Below, in pieces: positions 1-7,669 of a stretch of 32,000 nucleotides of DNA. Under the pieces are notes generated by a model. The model was not told the origin of the DNA. It did no database searches and saw nothing but the letters and a program-made list of their open reading frames with translations. Location: contig NZ_PGGB02000003.1 in the NCBI RefSeq assembly GCF_002803295.2, forward strand, positions 210 to 32,209. The letters run 5' to 3'. The position numbers and the translations under genes are program-made. Origin of the DNA: Caedibacter taeniospiralis (GTDB taxonomy: Bacteria > Pseudomonadota > Gammaproteobacteria > Francisellales > Francisellaceae). Position 1 is the first letter of the stretch. Each line of letters opens with the position of its first letter.

Positions 1-63
1 TCGCTTCATTGCGGCTGATATTTAGGCGAAATATTTCTCAGGCTGAGGAAAGGCGATATTTAG

Positions 64-1395
64 GTGTCATGTAGTGTGGTTAAAAACAATTGCAATAGCC
101 TACAGTATGTTGAACAGCGGGTTGACGGTATAGCTAAAACAACCAAAGAGATTTTAGCATATCAGCGCCTAATGTTAGATTATGTGGATACGGGTTATTA
201 CGCATATAATTCAAATGTTGATTATTTTATATATGAGGATAAGCCAAAACAGCAGTTATTAGGGTCTGTCAATCTTGCCCTGCATAACTATTGGAGTAAA
301 AATGAATATTTTGCCACGGCTTCCAATGTAAATATTGATATTGATCTGGCACATCGTTCATGGCACAACTGGGCTGGGACACCAAATATCACATTCGAGC
401 TATGCCCAAATAAGGCTTTTGAAATTAGCAAAGACTCGTTGTTTGATGGAGTGAATCGTGTCGTCATCTTTGGTGATAGCTTGTCTGACGAAGGCAATTT
501 GTTTGCATTAACACAAGGAGTGATACCCAGTTCACGCAATTATTACAATGGAATGTTCAGTAATGGCAATACATGGTCAGCTATTTTTAGAAATGCGTTG
601 TTACAGCATAATATCAAAGTAAGTAATTATGCCGTAGGTGGTGCAACAACTTTAAGCTATGACGATAATCTCCATTTACCCTACACTTTAACCGATGAGA
701 CTCATATGTATTATGCCAATGCGTTGTACGAAAATTGGCAGGATGCAAATTCAACTTTAGTGGTAATTTGGATTGGTGGTAATGACTATCTGACTCAGCC
801 TAACAATCTGGATGAAAAGTCACAGCAACAGCTTACAACAAATGTTGTTGATACCATAAAGGCAACGATTGAAGAGTTAGCTGCTTCGGGAGTTAAAAAA
901 TTTGTAGTATTTAATCTGCCCAATTTGTCTTATGTGCCAGCCTCAGTCAGTATAAATAAAAATACCGCTGTAACAGAAGCACTGTCAAAACAGCACAATG
1001 ATAAGCTTAAGACAATGATTGCATCACTTATTGCGACATACTCCAACGAACATGTGTTTAAGGAGATGGATATAGCTGATTTGTTTGGGCAGTTTATGGA
1101 AAAATCACAAAGGCAGCAACTTAATGGTCAATATAAACTTAAGGTAGATGTTGTCAATAAGCCATGCTATCAAGGCAATTATGCCTGGTTAAACATGGAC
1201 CTCATTAAAGCTGTATACAATGCGTACACAGAACAGGTTATTCCAGGACTGGTGAGTTTAAAGAATATAATGTATGACGCCTATAAATATTTCAATGTAT
1301 GTAATAATCCTGAGGCTTATTTTTTCTACGACCAGACCCACCCAAGCGCGCAAGTGCACGAAGTTATCTATGACAAGTTTGTTAAAAACACCTAG
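64..1395 (+). CDS. SGNH/GDSL-family lipase/acylhydrolase, thermolabile-hemolysin/phospholipase-like
   Basis: 443 aa ORF with GTG start; GDSL block 'VVIFGDSLSDEGNLF', 'VIWIGGNDY', and C-terminal 'DQTHPSAQVHEVIYDKF' (catalytic Asp/His block). N-terminus uncertain: an in-frame stop immediately precedes the start. Confidence 0.85.
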   Translation: MSCSVVKNNCNSLQYVEQRVDGIAKTTKEILAYQRLMLDYVDTGYYAYNSNVDYFIYEDKPKQQLLGSVNLALHNYWSKNEYFATASNVNIDIDLAHRSWHNWAGTPNITFELCPNKAFEISKDSLFDGVNRVVIFGDSLSDEGNLFALTQGVIPSSRNYYNGMFSNGNTWSAIFRNALLQHNIKVSNYAVGGATTLSYDDNLHLPYTLTDETHMYYANALYENWQDANSTLVVIWIGGNDYLTQPNNLDEKSQQQLTTNVVDTIKATIEELAASGVKKFVVFNLPNLSYVPASVSINKNTAVTEALSKQHNDKLKTMIASLIATYSNEHVFKEMDIADLFGQFMEKSQRQQLNGQYKLKVDVVNKPCYQGNYAWLNMDLIKAVYNAYTEQVIPGLVSLKNIMYDAYKYFNVCNNPEAYFFYDQTHPSAQVHEVIYDKFVKNT

Positions 1396-1473
1396 GAACT
1401 CGGCAGTTCTGATGTAGACAACATGCCGACTGAACTGTGCTAGAAAAGCCTTTAAGATTTTACGAAACAAAAA

Positions 1474-1492
1474 AGCCGCACAGATGGCGGCT
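1474..1492 (-). terminator. Rho-independent terminator hairpin after rplI
   Basis: AGCCGC...GCGGCT stem; on the minus strand it is followed by a T-rich run (GCGGCTTTTTTG). Lies between convergent genes. Confidence 0.7.
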
Positions 1493-1516
1493 TATATTTT
1501 TAGAGCTAATTAAGAC

Positions 1517-1969
1517 TTATTCAGCAATAACGACTAACTTGATTTGAGCATCGACATCCGAGTGCAAATGAACAGATAATTCATATTCACCCAATGAACG
1601 AATGGTCCCTTCTGGCATGCGCACGTGACGTTTCTCAACTTCAACGCCAGCTGCAGCAATGACGTCCGCCACTTCTTTAGTCCCAACGGAACCAAACAGC
1701 TTGCCACCATCACCTGCTGCGGCAATGATTTTAAATACCTGACCAGAAATTTTCTCTGCCTTTACCTTAGCACTTGCTAAACGCGCAGCTTCTAGCTGAT
1801 GCAACTCTGCTTTCTGTTTTTCAAAAGCAGCAATGTTAGCTTCTGTTGCCTGAACCGCTTTCCCAAAGGGCACTAGATAGTTACGCGCATAGCCTGGTTT
1901 TACGTTAACAACATCCCCCAGTGAGCCCAGGTTTTCTACTTTCTGTTTTAATATAACTTGCATTATCAA
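1517..1969 (-). CDS. rplI: 50S ribosomal protein L9
   Basis: 150 aa; starts [36 protein letters not shown] (ORF MIMQVIL...), classic L9 N-terminus; adjacent to S18 and S6. Confidence 0.98.
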   Translation of the reverse strand: MIMQVILKQKVENLGSLGDVVNVKPGYARNYLVPFGKAVQATEANIAAFEKQKAELHQLEAARLASAKVKAEKISGQVFKIIAAAGDGGKLFGSVGTKEVADVIAAAGVEVEKRHVRMPEGTIRSLGEYELSVHLHSDVDAQIKLVVIAE

Positions 1970-1987
1970 AGACCTCTTAACCTATGA

Positions 1988-2215
1988 TTAGTTGAAGTGA
2001 CGATCACAGTAAGGGATCAACGCTAAAAATCTTGCTCTTTTGATAGCATTAGCAAGCTGACGCTGATACTTAGTTGAAGTACCTGTGATACGACTTGGAA
2101 CGATCTTACCTGTTTCAGTAATGTAACCCTTCAACATGTTTAGATCTTTATAATCAATCTCTTTAACGCCTTCAACGGTAAAACGGCACACCTTACGACG
2201 ACGATTTGGACGCAT
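1988..2215 (-). CDS. rpsR: 30S ribosomal protein S18
   Basis: [16 protein letters not shown]...[50 protein letters not shown]; start chosen at the internal ATG (2215) rather than 2239. Confidence 0.96.
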   Translation of the reverse strand: MRPNRRRKVCRFTVEGVKEIDYKDLNMLKGYITETGKIVPSRITGTSTKYQRQLANAIKRARFLALIPYCDRHFN

Positions 2216-2225
2216 ACTCATCTCC

Positions 2226-2582
2226 TTACTCAGCTTCACTTATTTCTTTAACTTCTTTCTTCTCATCCTTTACCATCATGATTGAAGGCTCAGTGATTGC
2301 ATCATTGGTGTTAAGCACCAAACGACGAAGAATTGCATCATTGTATCTGAATGATTCGTTTAGCTCATCTAGTGCATCTGTACCACACTCAATATTCATT
2401 AAGATGTAATGGGCCTTGTGAAGCTTCGCGATTGGGTAAGCAAGCTGACGACGTCCCCAGTCTTCCAGTCGATGAATCTTACCGCCTCTGGATTCAACGA
2501 TTTCACGGTATTTTTGTAGCATGTTTGGTAACTGATCGCTTTGATCAGGATGAACCATGAACACGATTTCATAATGTTTCAT
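2226..2582 (-). CDS. rpsF: 30S ribosomal protein S6
   Basis: [51 protein letters not shown], canonical S6. Confidence 0.98.
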   Translation of the reverse strand: MKHYEIVFMVHPDQSDQLPNMLQKYREIVESRGGKIHRLEDWGRRQLAYPIAKLHKAHYILMNIECGTDALDELNESFRYNDAILRRLVLNTNDAITEPSIMMVKDEKKEVKEISEAE

Positions 2583-2718
2583 ATTTTACTCCTTTCGGTT
2601 TATCGTATTTACTCTCGATAAGCTATTACCACCCTTGCGAGTTAAGCAATAGCAAAGAGCCGCGCTATTGTCACAGTTCAGCACCCAAAACTCAAGCGCT
2701 AATTCAGGACACAAACAA

Positions 2719-2744
2719 AAAAGGCTTCACATGGAAGCCTTTTA
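2719..2744 (-). terminator. Terminator hairpin downstream of tRNA-Val
   Basis: AAGGCTTC-acat-GGAAGCCTT-type stem; minus-strand reading ends in a T run. Confidence 0.65.
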
Positions 2745-2750
2745 AATCTC

Positions 2751-2826
2751 TGGTGGGTGCTGAGGGGATCGAACCCCCGACCCTCGCCTTGTAAGGGCGA
2801 TGCTCTCCCAGCTGAGCTAAGCACCC
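2751..2826 (-). tRNA. tRNA-Val (anticodon TAC)
   Basis: Reverse complement GGGTGCTTAGCTCAGCTGGGAGAGCATCGCCCTTACAAGGCGAGGGTCGGGGGTTCGATCCCCTCAGCACCCACCA: acceptor stem, D-arm, anticodon stem TCGCC/GGCGA with loop CTTACAA, TTCGATCC loop, encoded CCA. Confidence 0.97.
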
Positions 2827-2895
2827 GAGAACGAAGACAGATTATATGGTTTAAAAAATCAAAGTCAACGCCTAAAATTGTTATTTTTAAATTTT

Positions 2896-3108
2896 TTAAT
2901 ATTCCTGCTCAGCCCTGATTTCTGCTTTGCTTATTTTGCCACCAGCAATCTCGCGTAAAGCGACAACTGTAGTCTTGTCATTATCCCAATCAACACGAGG
3001 CTCTTTCCCGCTTAAGCTTAAAAATCTTGCTCTTTTGGCCGCCAAAACGATTAATTCAAAGCGACTATCAATTTTTTCTAAGCAATCTTCTACCGTTACA
3101 CGTGCCAT
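2896..3108 (-). CDS. rpoZ: DNA-directed RNA polymerase omega subunit
   Basis: 70 aa [28 protein letters not shown]...; canonical omega N-terminus. Confidence 0.95.
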   Translation of the reverse strand: MARVTVEDCLEKIDSRFELIVLAAKRARFLSLSGKEPRVDWDNDKTTVVALREIAGGKISKAEIRAEQEY

Positions 3109-3212
3109 AAATATTCTCCTAGGTTCAAAAGCTGCTCGATTCTATAGAAATTTTGGAATTTTGCCAAGCTATGGTTGTTAAATCTTCTGGCAAATAGTTA
3201 AAACGAGTTAAG

Positions 3213-4181
3213 TCACCGACTTTCATCAATAATTGTCTTTAACATCTTGATATGTAAATCACTGTCATTTAGGCAGGGAATGACCCTATATTCTTTACCA
3301 CCTGCATTCATAAAGGTTTCACGTTCGGTTTCGGCTAATTCCTCCAGAGTTTCCAGACAGTCAACGGCAAACCCTGGTGCCATAATGAGCACATTTTTCT
3401 TACCTTCTTTAGGTAAGTTTGCCAAAACATCTGTTGTATAAGGTTTCAGCCACTCTTTAGGACCAAAGCGTGATTGAAAAGATAAACTCACTTCAATCTT
3501 GATATCAATAAGCGCCTGCATCAATAATTCATAAGTCGATTGGCAATGCTGCCGATAAGGATCACCCTTTTGTACACATTCCAAAGGAATACCATGAAAT
3601 GATAGTAAAAGCACATCTGGTTTAAAATGAATGGTTGTTAGATAACTCAAAACACTTTGCTTTAACGCCTCGATATAAGCACCATGTTGATAGTAAGGTG
3701 CAATACCCGTAATATTGGGTTGATAGCGCATACCCTGCAATACGCGAAATATTTCATCAAAAACTGAAGCTGTTGTCGTTGCGGAATATTGCGGATAAAG
3801 CGGGAAAGCTATGATTTCTGTTATTCCCTGTTTCACAAGAGAATGAAGTTTATACTCGATGTTTGGTTTACCATAGCGCATGGCAAAATCAATCAGTGTA
3901 TTACCCTCCATGACTTCCGCTAATTTCTGTGCCTGCATTTGCGTATAGTGCATAAGTGGCGAGTTATTTTTAGCTTTTAACCACACCTTCTCATATAGTT
4001 TTGCTGTTTTGGGAGAGCGAAATGGCAAAATAAACAAGCGCAAAATAGGCTGCCAGATCAAAGGCGATGCCTCGATCACTCGCCGATCGGATAAAAATTC
4101 TTTTAAGTAACGACGCACATCTTTTACTTGATATGATTCTGGGGTTCCCAAATTAATAAGCAAAATGGCTTTTTTATTCAT
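3213..4181 (-). CDS. hemH: Ferrochelatase
   Basis: MNKKAILLINLGTPESYQVKDVRRYLKEFLSDRRVIE...YPQYSATTTASVFDE...LLLSFHGIP...FVDCLETLEEL-like block ('PGFAVDCLETLEELAETERETFMNAGGKEYRVIPCLND'); start moved to internal ATG at 4181. Confidence 0.95.
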   Translation of the reverse strand: MNKKAILLINLGTPESYQVKDVRRYLKEFLSDRRVIEASPLIWQPILRLFILPFRSPKTAKLYEKVWLKAKNNSPLMHYTQMQAQKLAEVMEGNTLIDFAMRYGKPNIEYKLHSLVKQGITEIIAFPLYPQYSATTTASVFDEIFRVLQGMRYQPNITGIAPYYQHGAYIEALKQSVLSYLTTIHFKPDVLLLSFHGIPLECVQKGDPYRQHCQSTYELLMQALIDIKIEVSLSFQSRFGPKEWLKPYTTDVLANLPKEGKKNVLIMAPGFAVDCLETLEELAETERETFMNAGGKEYRVIPCLNDSDLHIKMLKTIIDESR

Positions 4182-4226
4182 TGTTGCTGCCTTCCCTCTT
4201 TCCAAGAAAATAACTCAATATCATAC

Positions 4227-5063
4227 TCATTTCACGATACTCACACTCGAAACAATTAATTCACACTTGTATCCAGCAAACTTGCGCAAATTCATCACCC
4301 CTGTATCAAGGATAATGTATTGCCCCTTAATGCCAAGCAGAACCCCCTCAACCTGTGAATTTTTATCCAGGTTATGTGAATTGACCTTTTGTGGGTAACT
4401 TAGCACTGGATAGTGAATATTTATCTCCTTAGTATCCACAATGTCGATTGCATGCGTACCATATTCAACTTGTAGTGATTCAATAAAGTGCTGCTCTTGT
4501 AAGAGCAATTCTCTTTTAATCGCCACCAAGTCAGTGGCATCAGGGTGTTGTTTCAACATCGCCTGCCAGTTAGTTTTGTCTGACAATGTTTGTGCCAGCT
4601 CAACTTCAATCAATCCAGATAAGCGCCGCTCACTAACCTTAATAATTGGCAAGACCTGTACGGCTCCTTGGTCAATCCAACGCATGGGAATATTTTTTTC
4701 ACGCGTAATACCTACTTTTACGCCCCCTGTATTTGCCAAATACACATAATGCGGTTTAAGGCAATGTGCCTCTCCCCAAGAGCTATCACGACATGTTCCT
4801 TCGTGATAATGACACAGCTCAGGCTTAACAATACATGTATCGCATTCAGCCAGACTACGCACGCAAGGAAAACAATACCCCTGGTTAAAGCTTTTTTTGG
4901 TCAGGCGCCCACAAGCCACGCAATTGATTTGATTGAGAAATATAAGCTTGATTTTTTTACCAACCAGACCATTCATCTTGATGTCCTGCAGTTGATAGCA
5001 GGCATTGTTATCACTATCTAATGTAGTCTTCATTTTCTGCAAATGCAGCGTATATTCGCTCAT
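4227..5063 (-). CDS. DUF2797 family protein with a Cys-rich zinc-ribbon-like N-terminus
   Basis: CVACGRLTKKSFNQGYCFPC...CIVKPELCHYHEGTCRDSSWGEAHCLKPHYVYLANTGGVKVGITR; family recognised from these blocks. Start chosen at MSEYTLHL (5063). Confidence 0.75.
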   Translation of the reverse strand: MSEYTLHLQKMKTTLDSDNNACYQLQDIKMNGLVGKKIKLIFLNQINCVACGRLTKKSFNQGYCFPCVRSLAECDTCIVKPELCHYHEGTCRDSSWGEAHCLKPHYVYLANTGGVKVGITREKNIPMRWIDQGAVQVLPIIKVSERRLSGLIEVELAQTLSDKTNWQAMLKQHPDATDLVAIKRELLLQEQHFIESLQVEYGTHAIDIVDTKEINIHYPVLSYPQKVNSHNLDKNSQVEGVLLGIKGQYIILDTGVMNLRKFAGYKCELIVSSVSIVK

Positions 5064-5077
5064 TAAACCCTCTTTCC

Positions 5078-5899
5078 CTAGGCTTTTATTTTTTGATGAA
5101 ACTCGGTGATGACCTTCTTGGCATATGACTTCACCGTCTGCCAATTCACAGGACCTGACTCATCCGCATACGCCACAGGATCTTTTAATCCCAATGCCAA
5201 AAATGCCTCGATGCGCCCAATGGACGAGGCTGATTTATAATCGCTATAACTCATATGGTCATATTCAACTGGAATATAGGATGTAAAAGTCATCTTATAA
5301 ATTTCTTCGTAATTTAAATTTAGTGCTTCACAAGCATTAATACCATCACGTAAAACCACCGTCTTACTCGCATTGATATAAGGCAAATGGTAAGTCACTT
5401 TTTCGGCATCCCAATTCCCAGCAAGAAATGCCTCATAATCCTTATCGCGAAACACCTGGCGGCAATCAGGATAAGTCGCATAATCTCCACTATGAACTCC
5501 CATCGCAATAATGACAGATGTTTTTTGTGCTTCTGCTATCGATAGCGCTGCGGCTTGAATAATGGAGCTAAAAATTTTATTACGATTGGGAACAACCGTC
5601 AGGCGCATATTACTCTCATGATAATGCCCAAGCGGAACCTCTTCTCCACCACTGATCAGTGCAGAGTCTAAGAGTACTGAAAGCCCATCGATTTTAATAA
5701 TATGATGCCTGATTTTGCAGCCTTTCTTTTTAAGATAATCCGTTAAGCTTGCGGCTTTCTCCAATTCCACTCTATGCTTTTGCCCATAGTCAAACGAGAT
5801 TGCCATCACATCATATTCATCAGCCAGTAAACGTAACATCAATGAAGATGAATCCATCCCACCTGATAGCGATAATACGGCATATTTTTTCTTTTCCAT
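5078..5899 (-). CDS. queC: QueC-like 7-cyano-7-deazaguanine synthase (divergent, lacks C-terminal zinc cysteines)
   Basis: PP-loop SGGMDSS, DYGQKHRVE, VVPNRNKIF, YPDCR, RIEAFLALGLKDPVAYAD; see finding on missing Cys motif. Confidence 0.85.
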   Translation of the reverse strand: MEKKKYAVLSLSGGMDSSSLMLRLLADEYDVMAISFDYGQKHRVELEKAASLTDYLKKKGCKIRHHIIKIDGLSVLLDSALISGGEEVPLGHYHESNMRLTVVPNRNKIFSSIIQAAALSIAEAQKTSVIIAMGVHSGDYATYPDCRQVFRDKDYEAFLAGNWDAEKVTYHLPYINASKTVVLRDGINACEALNLNYEEIYKMTFTSYIPVEYDHMSYSDYKSASSIGRIEAFLALGLKDPVAYADESGPVNWQTVKSYAKKVITEFHQKIKA

Positions 5900-5999
5900 T
5901 AGCTTTCCTTATTGCTGAGTTCACCCGCTAATTAACTGAAGTTATACACTCTCACAAATTTTGTAGTTTAGAAAACACCCCGTCAACCTTAGGTTGCCA

Positions 6000-6067
6000 C
6001 CCCTTTTGGAAAGAGGGGAATCTAGTAACAACCTTGTCGGAAAAATTCCCCTCTTTCCAAATAGGGG
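6000..6067. repeat. 22-23 bp inverted repeat
   Basis: 6000-6021 CCCCTTTTGGAAAGAGGGGAAT versus 6045-6067 ATTCCCCTCTTTCCAAATAGGGG, complementary apart from one inserted base. Confidence 0.85.
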
Positions 6068-6081
6068 TGCCGAGTCTGCCC

Positions 6082-6099
6082 GACCACTCTGGAGTGGTC
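6082..6099. repeat. Palindromic repeat copy 1 (GACCACTC-TG-GAGTGGTC)
   Basis: Perfect 8-bp arms; same core recurs at 6215-6232. Confidence 0.8.
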
Positions 6100-6210
6100 A
6101 GCCCTTGTTCAAAAATGCAAAAGTACGTAACTCCAGTGATTAACCCTTGCAATTGCTTGCAGCAACTGCAGATTTCACCTATACCACTCGTAAATCATTT
6201 TGCGGTGTTT

Positions 6211-6236
6211 ACCTGACCACTCTGGAGTGGTCAGGT
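6211..6236. repeat. Palindromic repeat copy 2 (ACCTGACCACTC-TG-GAGTGGTCAGGT)
   Basis: Perfect 12-bp arms with 2-nt centre; contains the same 18-bp core as 6082-6099. Confidence 0.85.
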
Positions 6237-6259
6237 GTAGTTGCGAAGCAGCTTGTGAA

Positions 6260-6324
6260 GATTTTGGCAAGTTGAATTGCAGGGAATAGCTGAGACTATT
6301 GCCAAAGTTCAACTTGTCAAAATC
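6260..6324. repeat. 17-bp inverted repeat
   Basis: 6260-6276 GATTTTGGCAAGTTGAA versus 6308-6324 TTCAACTTGTCAAAATC; one G:T mismatch. Confidence 0.7.
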
Positions 6325-6407
6325 ACGCAAAATGCAAAGCAAGAAACTCTGTAAAATGGTTTATGAGTGGTATATAGTGCTCAAAAACCTTAAGCATCAT
6401 ATCACAA

Positions 6408-6887
6408 ATGATTTATCGTGTTGAAAAATATCTTGATGGCTTCTCTACCTGCTTTCGCCAATGGAACGCTACGCACTCCCATTGCCGCTTTTTGCATGGT
6501 TATGCGATCTCGTTTCGCCTGCATTTTGCCGCCAAAAGTTTAGATGAGCACAATTGGGTATGGGATTTTGGCTGGCTAAAAGACCCACAATTTCAGATTA
6601 ATGGTTTAACGACAAAAGAGTGGTTTCATTATATGTTTGATCACACCGTCGTGTTATCGGAAAAAGACCCTGCACTGAAAACCTTTCAGGATCTGGAGAA
6701 TCAAGGGCTGCTACAGCTTCGCACTTTGCCTTATTTCAGCTGTGAAGGCATTGCCGAATTTGTCTTAAACACGCTTAATCCCATGATCCAAGAGCATAGC
6801 AACCATCGCGTGAGTCTGTTTCGCGTTGATGTAATGGAAAACAACAAGAATCTGGGTGGCGTTGAAATTGACCACGAATTTGCCTGA
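6408..6887 (+). CDS. queD: QueD-like 6-carboxytetrahydropterin synthase (variant motif)
   Basis: CFRQWNATHSHCRFLHGYAISF (catalytic Cys/zinc-His region), DHTVVLSEKDP, SCEGIAEF, GVEIDHEFA; adjacent to queE and near queC. Confidence 0.8.
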   Translation: MIYRVEKYLDGFSTCFRQWNATHSHCRFLHGYAISFRLHFAAKSLDEHNWVWDFGWLKDPQFQINGLTTKEWFHYMFDHTVVLSEKDPALKTFQDLENQGLLQLRTLPYFSCEGIAEFVLNTLNPMIQEHSNHRVSLFRVDVMENNKNLGGVEIDHEFA

Positions 6888-7644
6888 CTACCATAAAATT
6901 CTACCGATTATTGAGCTTTACCCTTGCTTACAGGGTGAGGGTTCTCGCCGTGGGCACCCATGTTTTGCCATTCGCACCACAGGCTGTACACATCGCTGCT
7001 ACTTTGGTGAGTCTGGGGGATGGTGTGATACCTGGTATTCAAGCATTCATGCGGATAAGGGTAAGTTTTCTTTTAGCGACATCATCAGCATGATTAGGGC
7101 ACACCCCGACATTAGGGAAATTATGCTAACAGGTGGCGCACCCACCATGCACCCAGCTCTTATAAATGAGATCATGCAGCTTGCGCATGCGTATCAATTA
7201 TTTGTAACTTTAGAGACGGAAGGGTCTCACTTTGTTAAGACCGATTACCCGATTGATCTTGTGAGCCTGTCACCTAAATTCAGCAATAGCATTCCTCAAT
7301 TAGGCATAACCACACCAAAAAACAAGGTTGTCGATCAGACATTTATTGATCAACACAACAAATATCGACTTAATATTGATGCAATAAGCCAAATGATTGC
7401 CTATCACAAAGATTATCAATTTAAACCCGTCTGCGATGGGAGTGAAGCAAATATTCAGGAGATAAAAGCCCTCATCAGTCAATTAAATATTCCTAACCAC
7501 AAAGTCTATCTAATGCCTGCAGGCAGTACACGTAAAGAAATGATCAAAGCCTACCCTCTGATTATTGAACTTGCGCTACAGAATGGCTTTAATTTTACCG
7601 GACGCGATCACATTATCGCGTTTGATGACAAGATTGGAGTGTAA
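6856..7644 (+). CDS. queE: QueE-like 7-carboxy-7-deazaguanine synthase (radical SAM)
   Basis: ELYPCLQGEGSRRGHPCFAIRTTGCTHRCYFGESGGWCDTWYSS, LTGGAPTMHP, LETEGS, SLSPKFSNS. Non-ATG start; 5' end uncertain and overlapping queD. Confidence 0.85.
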   Translation: MALKLTTNLPDYHKILPIIELYPCLQGEGSRRGHPCFAIRTTGCTHRCYFGESGGWCDTWYSSIHADKGKFSFSDIISMIRAHPDIREIMLTGGAPTMHPALINEIMQLAHAYQLFVTLETEGSHFVKTDYPIDLVSLSPKFSNSIPQLGITTPKNKVVDQTFIDQHNKYRLNIDAISQMIAYHKDYQFKPVCDGSEANIQEIKALISQLNIPNHKVYLMPAGSTRKEMIKAYPLIIELALQNGFNFTGRDHIIAFDDKIGV

Positions 7645-7669
7645 TCAATCAGTGAGTGAAGCCCCAAAA

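Noticed and set aside
5952-6216. ORFs 5952..6152 (-) and 6034..6216 (+) in the queC-queD intergenic region
   Set aside because: Both are read through the inverted repeats on opposite strands and carry no domain signal; best explained as repeat-derived open frames.
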